Assembly: GCA_044892505.1 (NCBI GenBank)
Contig: CM097883.1
Coordinates: forward strand, 8,122,001-8,186,000
DNA length: 64,000 nt
Direction of reading: 5' to 3'
Origin: Schmidtea nova
Lineage: Eukaryota
Shown here: positions 56,248 to 64,000 of the stretch, one piece after another
How the letters are laid out: every line of letters starts with the position of its first letter
Numbering within the stretch: position 1 is the first letter of the stretch
Notes under the pieces: generated by a model
Told to the model about the DNA's origin: nothing
Seen by the model: the letters and a program-made list of their open reading frames with translations, nothing else
Databases searched by the model: none
Program-made: the position numbers and the translations under genes

Positions 56248-58464
56248 TCATTTATTTTTTGTTGTCGTACATTTGGGTTTTTTGATCTGTCTAGGTGGCA
56301 GATCTTGAACTGTACTTTTGCAAAGTTCGACGGCAGATGACGGATCATCATCAATATCCGTTGGTAGTTTACGCTTAGGATTCACTGTTTCTGGTGTAGA
56401 AGCAATGGGAACAGATTCATCAATAACTACAGCACTTTGGCCAGGGTTAACAGCCTCGCTGGCAGTATCAGGGTTCAGAAGTGGACTTATCGACTCAAGA
56501 AGCCTGGTAATGCACTTACCAACACCTATAGAACAGATCTTTCGGCAAGACTTTGGTACACGGAAGGAAAATTTATTTTTCAGCAAAAAGCTTTTCTTGT
56601 CCCTTACAACAAAGAACAGGAGCCTTTTTGCTTTGGTGGTATCAGGAATAATCGAGTCAGATTCAAAATCGTTAATTCCATTGGCTATTCTATCAAGAGC
56701 CTTTAATTGTTGAGCTTTTTTTGGATAGGATTTCTCAATCTCAACAAGAAAATTGTTAATTACAGAAATGGTCTCTGGAGAAATTATACTGTTTACCCTG
56801 TCAATCTCCTGGGCCAGATGAGATTGCTGAAGCTTAAGAACTCGTTCCTGGCAGCTAGTACTATAATAAGAGTCTATCGGAATTTCCCTGATCAAAGCCG
56901 GAGCCCAGGAGACCAAATCACTACAGCGTAAGGAATTAATATTCTCAATGCACATAATGGAGTGCATCAGAAAGCAGTTGCGAAGGTAGTTAAACACATA
57001 TATATCGAACGACGTTTCAGATTTATATTTTAGGGATCCCTGTAAGTTTAAAAGATTTAAATAAAAAATTATATTTATTAGTTTTTCAGGAGATTGTGGC
57101 TGATTCAACAAATGTCCAAATTCAGTGTCCAAATTTGACATTTCAGTAAAGTCCAGCAGCCCTAGGTTAAACATTATGTCAGCCGCACCTTCATCCTGCA
57201 GTCTGACAGAACTCTGGCAATTTTTGGGCAATTTTATGAATTTACCCCCCACAAATGAGATCTCTGCAGGAAAGTTTTTAGAAAATTTTAATTCATTTAT
57301 TAATTTAATTAATAAATTAGGATTTTTATTTATATTTTCAACAAAATAAAGTTGAGGAATCTCAGGAAAAGATTTCGTCAGCTCTTCCAGCTCAGTACGG
57401 GAAAGTTCAGTTGGGTTTTGACTAGTGCTGACATTGGCAGAGACACCAGTATTAAAAAGATCCAGCAAGAGGAATTCTCCATCACAAAATTTCACCTGCG
57501 AATTTATCAAAAAGTTTGGGATTTCACCCTGTTGCTTGAGATCGTGTAGGATGTTGTTAATTCGGATTTCCCTATCCTTAGCATTTTTAATCACAATAGT
57601 TTCAGCAAACTTATTTGTGAGAGCAAATAAAAATTTTTTAATATAGAGGGAAGCAGGAACAAATTTGTATTCGTTACAGGTAGGCACTATAACGTTAGAT
57701 CCAATTAAAAAGATGCCCTTATTTGGCTTTTTTATTGCTGGGATAGATGGTTTTGAATCAGCTTTCGAAAGATCAACAAGCACACATATGTGGCGATTTC
57801 TATAAAACAGCCTTTCAAAACCTGATATCCCCAACGGGTTATCTGATTTTGATATTTGGCAAAGAATATTATTAATTTTATTAAATTTTTCTTTACTTTC
57901 TTTTGATTTTAATAGTTTTTCTATATTTATATTAGTTTTTAAATAATTTAATTTTTCCCTTTTAGTCAAATGGCGTGGAAAAATAGTTGAAAATACTAAG
58001 CCATCTTTTTTATTTTTACTATTGGGGTCTGATTTTTTATTTAAAGATTTTTCAACAGGACCAGACCGAGGCTGAAAATTGTTTTCAATTATTGGATTTT
58101 GATTTAAATTGGAAATTGGATTATTATCAATTGTAATTTTAAAATTTACTAATTTACAATCATTAAAATTTGTATCTTTATTTTCCTTATTTAAAATTAT
58201 TTTTATTTTAGAAGGGTCAAACTCATCACGGCCCAAACTCTCATCAAGAATAATCTGCCTAGCAGAAAAAAAATCATTTAATTTATTTTCATTATTTAAT
58301 CTATTTTTACTAGAAATATTTTTAATCAAAAGAGGCATATCATTAATACATTTACTAGCATTTGAATATTTCAAACTACTTTCAGATTTAATATTTACAA
58401 AATATTCATCTGAAATATTCAAATGCTCCAAAAGAAAATTTAACTTACTGTTAATTTCTTCCAT
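56248..58464 (-). CDS. ORF1 of E7 (738 aa, unknown function)
   Basis: Open frame, ATG at 58464. Confidence 0.85.
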   Translation of the reverse strand: MEEINSKLNFLLEHLNISDEYFVNIKSESSLKYSNASKCINDMPLLIKNISSKNRLNNENKLNDFFSARQIILDESLGRDEFDPSKIKIILNKENKDTNFNDCKLVNFKITIDNNPISNLNQNPIIENNFQPRSGPVEKSLNKKSDPNSKNKKDGLVFSTIFPRHLTKREKLNYLKTNINIEKLLKSKESKEKFNKINNILCQISKSDNPLGISGFERLFYRNRHICVLVDLSKADSKPSIPAIKKPNKGIFLIGSNVIVPTCNEYKFVPASLYIKKFLFALTNKFAETIVIKNAKDREIRINNILHDLKQQGEIPNFLINSQVKFCDGEFLLLDLFNTGVSANVSTSQNPTELSRTELEELTKSFPEIPQLYFVENINKNPNLLIKLINELKFSKNFPAEISFVGGKFIKLPKNCQSSVRLQDEGAADIMFNLGLLDFTEMSNLDTEFGHLLNQPQSPEKLINIIFYLNLLNLQGSLKYKSETSFDIYVFNYLRNCFLMHSIMCIENINSLRCSDLVSWAPALIREIPIDSYYSTSCQERVLKLQQSHLAQEIDRVNSIISPETISVINNFLVEIEKSYPKKAQQLKALDRIANGINDFESDSIIPDTTKAKRLLFFVVRDKKSFLLKNKFSFRVPKSCRKICSIGVGKCITRLLESISPLLNPDTASEAVNPGQSAVVIDESVPIASTPETVNPKRKLPTDIDDDPSSAVELCKSTVQDLPPRQIKKPKCTTTKNK

Positions 58465-58574
58465 CAACAGAGCAGCCAAATCTAAACAAATCTGAAAATC
58501 TAAATTTATAAATATATATGCTAAAGATTTATAATTTAAATAAACTATTAAAATCAAAAATTTTAAAAATTTTA

Positions 58575-58613
58575 AACGAGATCGGGTGAATAAAGATTAT
58601 TATGGTCGTGGAC
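58575..58613 (-). pseudogene. Variant 5S 5' half (nt 1-39) at the E7 5' junction
   Basis: Same three substitutions. Confidence 0.9.
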
Positions 58614-58812
58614 AAAGACTATATTTATTTGGTACTGAAATATATTATCAATAATTTTTTTTCTCAATGAATTTCGCCGATTCACCACATCATGTTGAGA
58701 TAGGCTGAAAAAAAGTAAAAAAATTAATTCAGAACTCACCGAATTAGTCATATCATCTTTTCGAATCGAATATTCATCGAATAATGAAATTCGAATTCGT
58801 AATCGACAAAAA

Positions 58813-58931
58813 AGTCCACAACACCTCGTATTCCCAGGCGGTCACCCATCCAAGTACTAACGAGGCCTTAACCTGCTTAACTTCCGAGATCGAACGAGAT
58901 CGGGTGAATCCAGATTAGTATGGTCGTGGAC
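58813..58931 (-). rRNA. 5S_rRNA: 5S rRNA gene
   Basis: Array consensus. Confidence 0.97.
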
Positions 58932-59130
58932 AAAGACTATATTTATTTGGTACTGAAATATATTATCAATAATTTTTTTTCTCAATGAATTTCGCCGATT
59001 CACCACATCATGTTGAGATAGGCTGAAAAAAAGTAAAAAAATTAATTCAGAACTCACCGAATTAGTCATATCATCTTTTCGAATCGAATATTCATCGAAT
59101 AATGAAATTCGAATTCGTAATCGACAAAAA

Positions 59131-59249
59131 AGTCCACAACACCTCGTATTCCCAGGCGGTCACCCATCCAAGTACTAACGAGGCCTTAACCTGCTTAACT
59201 TCCGAGATCGAACGAGATCGGGTGAATCCAGATTAGTATGGTCGTGGAC
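59131..59249 (-). rRNA. 5S_rRNA: 5S rRNA gene
   Basis: Array consensus. Confidence 0.97.
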
Positions 59250-59448
59250 AAAGACTATATTTATTTGGTACTGAAATATATTATCAATAATTTTTTTTCT
59301 CAATGAATTTCGCCGATTCACCACATCATGTTGAGATAGGCTGAAAAAAAGTAAAAAAATTAATTCAGAACTCACCGAATTAGTCATATCATCTTTTCGA
59401 ATCGAATATTCATCGAATAATGAAATTCGAATTCGTAATCGACAAAAA

Positions 59449-59546
59449 AGTCCACAACACCTCGTATTCCCAGGCGGTCACCCATCCAAGTACTAACGAG
59501 GCCTTAACCTGCTTAACTTCCGAGATCGAACGAGATCGGGTGAATC
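59449..59546 (-). pseudogene. 5S 3' half (nt 22-119) at the E8 3' junction
   Basis: Identical junction. Confidence 0.92.
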
Positions 59547-62500
59547 GAAAAAGTTTTATTTAATAATAAAATTTGAAAATTTACAAGAGGACAATGCTCA
59601 ACATGGAGCACGCCAAACAGGCAATATACAAGAACAAAAGAGTCAGAAAGAAATCAATCAAATCAATGTAATTGTCGAGATATTTTCGACTCAATTGTCA
59701 TTTGCAACTGCCGGAATTGTCCCAGGCATTTGATGTGGTTTTCCTTCGGATAATAGCTCCGGCTTAATTCGATATAGCTTTTGATGCATCTGCCAGGTAC
59801 ACGAATGAGATCAGATCGATAACATCAACACAAGAGAGAAGTGTCACGTGTAAGTCGGAAAACGGGCTTCTCGAGCTGTAGCGACAAGTCATCACAGTTA
59901 GAGATTAGGCAATTCCAGGCTAACGTAATATTTACAGGCATCTTTCTGATCCCAGCTAAATCTCATCAATTCTATCTAAATATTTGCAAGAAAGGGAAAT
60001 ATATATATATAAACATAAATGATAATAATTATATATAATAAATCCGGACCTTGGAGAGGGGAATATCTAAAACATAAAATATACTACTTTTATACATCAA
60101 GGTAAATGTAACAATGATAAACCTCAATTGAATAAAAAACAAAGAATATTTACATTAATTTTGATCTTTAATAAAGAGATTATCATCATCAAAGGTGGGT
60201 AGGATACCATTCTTGTGGAAGTACCATCGCTTGGCAGAGTGTGCGATGTTACTTATGGCACATTTCTTTAGAAGTCCATCCACCTGGCCTTTCTTTACAC
60301 CAACCTTTTGAAGGACTTGCGAAGTTTCTGGAGGAAAAGAGCCAAGAGCACCAATAATACAAGTGTCAAGCTCAACTTTAAAGTCGGGTTTAGCAGCTTG
60401 TATATCAGTTTTCAAAGAGTTATATTTTGCCAGATTCAATGAATTTACCCGATCAAAGTGGGTCAATGAATCACTAGGGCATTTCAAATCAACCAGGAAA
60501 ATTCTTTTACGAGACACGTCCGTTATAAGCAAATCAACTCGTTCTTTGGAAAGTGGAACAAGTGAGCATGCGTGATCAACTACAACAATCAAGTTTTTAT
60601 TAGATTGAAGTTGTTTCGCGATAAGTTTAAGACAAGCGTCATGCCGCTCAGAACCCAGTGTCAGATGTACCTTGCATGATTGGAGTACATGAGAAGAGGT
60701 CTCATCATCTTCATGACACCGACGACATAGTCTTTTCTCACCTCTGTTATAAGGCTTCGCAAGAGTGGAAAGAGTGTTTGTGCGAGCTCTGTGAATGAAA
60801 TTCCAGCTAAATTCGGACAATTCACTTCGATAAATTGCTTTGTTCACTATCGGTGAAAGTTTTACTGCTGAAGCGATGATGTTGGAAATACAGCTTTTTT
60901 CCCATTTGGCCAAGTATGAATCACAGAGCATCATGTGTAGTATTTTTGATGTTGTCTGACGAGTGTCAGGAGTTACAATGCAAGTACCACGCTCTGCAGT
61001 GGTGATGTAGAGCCATGGTTCTCGATTCGTGACTGTGAATGTAATGCTAATGTCATGAGTCTTTTCAAAGAAAGCAACCGCAATCCTAGCTCTTTGAAAT
61101 CGAGTTTTCTTTCCAGAATGGGGGGAAAGAGACTCTTTACCATTGAGCCAATCAAGACTTTCTTGAAGAGTTGGATTTTTTATCCCAAGACGTGGACTAG
61201 TGACAAAAGCCAAAGAGTCAAGATTAACTTTCCTCGCAAAGTCACATTTCGACGTGATGAGTCGGAAAAAGTGTGTAATAGTCTGCGTGTGATACTCATC
61301 AAGGAGATCAACACAATTTGCTCCACCATTTTCTGTAGAGTTGTAAAAATAACTCACTTCAGAATGACTTGGCAAAAGCAGCATTTTTCTCAAGTGATTT
61401 CTCATTTGGCTGGTGATATTTACCGAGAGATTACTATTACCACAAGATTTTGAGAGAGCACTAGTTTTAATCTCTCTGGTTCTGAAAGGAAAGATCAAGC
61501 GAGAGTGGATGAAGATCTTGTAGGCTTTCAGTTTTTGCCAACCAAGCAAATCAGAATCGGCAAGTTTTTTGGTGTCAATTAAAGCTTGTTCAAGAATGTC
61601 ATATGGACTCTGATCAGTTTCCTCACCTACTGGCACACCAAGGTACTGGTAGAATTCATTAGACAAGAGCTTTTGAATTTTGACATTATTGATGGAAATT
61701 TCGCTGTCAATGTGGATATTTGGCAGTTGTAAATAGCCACATTTTTCCGGGCGATATTCGAAGCCTATTTCGGTGGCAGTTGTAACAGCAATGTTGACGA
61801 GTTTTTGTAAGTCATCTACAGATTTAGCAACAATGGCAATGTCGTCAGCGTATGCGAGAATCTTGACAGATGATTCTCCAATAGTAAAAGCATCACAAAC
61901 TGTACTGGAAACAGCTTCCAGTACAGGGTTTATTGCCAAAGCAAACAGAATCATGGAGATGGGACATCCCTGCTTGACACCCTTTTTAATCAGGATGTTA
62001 GGAGTTACGATAGGCCCACAACTATAAAAGGAGCTAGTGTCAGAGTATAACATTTGCAAGATGGAAGCAAATTCTTCACCAACTCCAATGTACCGGAGTA
62101 AGGACCACATGTAATCATGTGGGACACTACCAAATGCATCCTTAATATCAAGCCAGGCGATAGATAGAGGACAGCGCTTACTATACTTGGAATGCTCAAG
62201 CGCAGCAGACAGAATTGAATTGTGCTCAACACAACCATCATGTTCAGAACCACCTTTCTGCCCAACATGCAAAAGATTGTTCAAGGTTATCCAGCGTGTA
62301 AGGCGAGAGGCAAGGCAGGAAGCGAATACTTTGTAAATAACAGAGAGTAAGGCAATTGGACGCCAAGACGATACGTCTGCATATTTATTATTTTTGTTAG
62401 GCTTAGGAGTTAAAAGGGTTTTAAAGGCCTTCCAACTGTCAGGTATGGACTTTTCAGTAATGATCTTGTTGAATAAAAAGGCAAGTATATGACCCCCAGG

Positions 62501-64000
62501 ATCTAGACGCAACAAGTCACGATATTGCAATCCATCAATACCAGGACTAGTGTTGTCAGCCTTCCTAAGTTCATACACTACCTCCTTACTCGAGATGCAT
62601 TGCAGAGTAAGTACTCGTTCAGAACGTTTACAGAATACGAATAATTTCTCCCACTGGCCACGTATTGGAGTTTCATGAGAAAAATATTTGACGATATTCT
62701 GGAATGTTGGTCGGGTAGGTACATCAAAGTTATTGATGACCATGTTGACCGCCGATTTCATGTCCGTGGTAAATTTTTTAATAAGTTTATTTTTGCTGAT
62801 TTTAGAGGCTCTCGGTCTGGTTCCCAAGTAAGGTTTTGACAAAGGCTTAAGTTTCTCAGGAAACTGTTCATTAATTGCATAAATAATTTCATTGGTGCTA
62901 AAATTTGCCCATTTAATAACAAGTAATTCAGCATTAGTTATACGCTGTTTGATAGAGATATTTGTAGCAAAGTTATTATCAAGTTTAGCTTTACCTAGAC
63001 TTTCAAATTTATCATGTTCTTTTACATGAAAGACCAAAGAACTAACTATATTTCCAATCTCACGCAGGTTTAAGTTTATGAGGGGTAAATCCCTTGAGTA
63101 ATTGTTAATAAAAGAACATAAAAGCACTTTACTTATTAGACCTGAGCCGCGGATGTCATGAGGACATTCACAAAAATTTAAAACGCGGCCTGGTGTTTCT
63201 TTAATTTCATTTATTTTATTTCTGAGTATTCGACAGGTTGACATGTAATTGTCGTTATCAGTCAAAGATGTTGGATTGATAAGATAACAAGTATCAACAC
63301 TATAGTCAAGAATAAGTAAAATTTCTCGATGTTTCGGAGGTGCAACAATAGCAAAGATGACTTGTGACTTGATGATCCACTCAAAGTTTAAAAATTCGTT
63401 TAGGTGCTGAGTGCAATCATCAAGAATCGCCAAGCACATTGTAGAATTTAGAAGCAAGAATCGATTAGGTAAATTTAAATTATTAAAAAATTTTGTGATG
63501 ATTTTATCAGTGATTTTAGAATTTAGTAAATTTAAATTCTGAGAGATCTCATTCGCTTCCCTTAATTTTAATAAATTTAGGGACTCACTGATCTTCGAAA
63601 TGGATACTTCTTTATTGAAGAATAATCTTTCAAGCAACTCAATAAAGACAGATGCAAAGAGAATTGGGTCATCAGAGACGATAGGCCAAAGCTCAATGTT
63701 GTGATTAGGTTTGAAGCTAATGTCCGATGATAGAAAAAACTTATTTAGATAGTCAGTCATATTATCGCTAATACCAAGCAGACGTTCCGAAAGAAGTTTT
63801 TCTTGATTGTTGAAGATGTGGCTAGCACCGTATGCAGTAGAAAAGAGATAAAGGCACCAGTAATTCTCATTTGGGATAACACTTATAACATGGTTAATTC
63901 CAAGAAAATGTTTGAAAGTGACATTTTCTCTAATGAATGACTCGTTTTGAGCAATCATATTTAATGTCAATTCGTGTGACAGAACCAAGATGTTTTTATG
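59547..64000 (-). mobile_element. E8: subfamily B copy, continues beyond the window
   Basis: Normal 3' junction; ORF2 is open to the window edge. Confidence 0.93.
60155..64000 (-). CDS. ORF2 of E8 (5' part outside the window)
   Basis: 1277-aa open frame with RT, CCHC and RLE motifs, matching E6/E7 alleles. Confidence 0.92.
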   Translation of the reverse strand, partial: HKNILVLSHELTLNMIAQNESFIRENVTFKHFLGINHVISVIPNENYWCLYLFSTAYGASHIFNNQEKLLSERLLGISDNMTDYLNKFFLSSDISFKPNHNIELWPIVSDDPILFASVFIELLERLFFNKEVSISKISESLNLLKLREANEISQNLNLLNSKITDKIITKFFNNLNLPNRFLLLNSTMCLAILDDCTQHLNEFLNFEWIIKSQVIFAIVAPPKHREILLILDYSVDTCYLINPTSLTDNDNYMSTCRILRNKINEIKETPGRVLNFCECPHDIRGSGLISKVLLCSFINNYSRDLPLINLNLREIGNIVSSLVFHVKEHDKFESLGKAKLDNNFATNISIKQRITNAELLVIKWANFSTNEIIYAINEQFPEKLKPLSKPYLGTRPRASKISKNKLIKKFTTDMKSAVNMVINNFDVPTRPTFQNIVKYFSHETPIRGQWEKLFVFCKRSERVLTLQCISSKEVVYELRKADNTSPGIDGLQYRDLLRLDPGGHILAFLFNKIITEKSIPDSWKAFKTLLTPKPNKNNKYADVSSWRPIALLSVIYKVFASCLASRLTRWITLNNLLHVGQKGGSEHDGCVEHNSILSAALEHSKYSKRCPLSIAWLDIKDAFGSVPHDYMWSLLRYIGVGEEFASILQMLYSDTSSFYSCGPIVTPNILIKKGVKQGCPISMILFALAINPVLEAVSSTVCDAFTIGESSVKILAYADDIAIVAKSVDDLQKLVNIAVTTATEIGFEYRPEKCGYLQLPNIHIDSEISINNVKIQKLLSNEFYQYLGVPVGEETDQSPYDILEQALIDTKKLADSDLLGWQKLKAYKIFIHSRLIFPFRTREIKTSALSKSCGNSNLSVNITSQMRNHLRKMLLLPSHSEVSYFYNSTENGGANCVDLLDEYHTQTITHFFRLITSKCDFARKVNLDSLAFVTSPRLGIKNPTLQESLDWLNGKESLSPHSGKKTRFQRARIAVAFFEKTHDISITFTVTNREPWLYITTAERGTCIVTPDTRQTTSKILHMMLCDSYLAKWEKSCISNIIASAVKLSPIVNKAIYRSELSEFSWNFIHRARTNTLSTLAKPYNRGEKRLCRRCHEDDETSSHVLQSCKVHLTLGSERHDACLKLIAKQLQSNKNLIVVVDHACSLVPLSKERVDLLITDVSRKRIFLVDLKCPSDSLTHFDRVNSLNLAKYNSLKTDIQAAKPDFKVELDTCIIGALGSFPPETSQVLQKVGVKKGQVDGLLKKCAISNIAHSAKRWYFHKNGILPTFDDDNLFIKDQN

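Larger units (their letters stand above)
51008..58574 (-). mobile_element. E7: full-length, potentially active copy, subfamily B, 7567 bp
   Basis: Intact ORFs; lacks one copy of a 15-bp duplication in ORF1. Confidence 0.95.
1364..64000 (-). repeat. Tandem 5S rDNA array, 318-bp unit (119-nt gene + 199-bp spacer), interrupted by 9 retrotransposon copies
   Basis: Exact 318-bp periodicity (genes at 1465, 1783, 2101; 36144-37534; 48684-50710; 58813-59249). The array starts with a degenerate spacer at about 1364. Confidence 0.97.

Noticed and set aside
1509-59387. Repeated 70-aa ORF MTNSVSSEL... in every 318-bp unit
   Set aside because: It overlaps the 5S gene and spacer, has a non-ATG start, and recurs only because the unit is repeated.
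5019-62268. Many short plus-strand ORFs antisense to ORF1/ORF2, and the 65-aa ORF in the 3' UTR
   Set aside because: Shadow frames of real coding sequence. Lengths vary between copies, most starts are non-ATG, and there are no motifs.
1364-64000. CRISPR array, LTRs or terminal repeats suggested by the direct repeats around each element
   Set aside because: The repeats are 5S rDNA units with invariant spacers. There are no cas genes, no TG..CA LTR ends, and no integrase or RNase H.

Overview
Eukaryotic, very AT-rich DNA. After about 1.36 kb of unique flank, the window is a tandem 5S rDNA array (318-bp unit, 119-nt gene on the minus strand, 17 intact genes). It is heavily invaded by one family of site-specific non-LTR retrotransposon, present as 9 copies (E0-E8) in the same orientation as 5S. 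All eight visible 3' ends sit at 5S nt 21/22. All seven full-length 5' ends sit after 5S nt 39, giving an apparent 17-18 bp target duplication. The 7.58-kb element has a short AT-rich 5' UTR and an orphan ORF1 (743 aa from ATG). A single in-frame TGA separates ORF1 from ORF2 (1541 codons). ORF2 encodes a Ulp1/SENP-type cysteine protease, two probable degenerate protease repeats, a reverse transcriptase, a CCHC knuckle and a restriction-like endonuclease, i.e. a NeSL/R5-type architecture. A 608-nt 3' UTR follows, with no poly(A) tail. E4, E6 and E7 are full-length with open frames, and E8 runs off the window. E1 and E2 are near-identical dead copies at a 7918-bp period, E3 is a chimera, E0 is 3'-deleted and E5 is 5'-truncated. 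The most interesting points are an RLE-clade element specific for 5S rDNA, probable UGA readthrough giving a 2287-aa polyprotein, and a mutated 5S 5' fragment fixed at every full-length 5' junction. The host taxon cannot be fixed from sequence alone (metazoan-type 5S). All domain calls are by eye from motifs; no database search was run.
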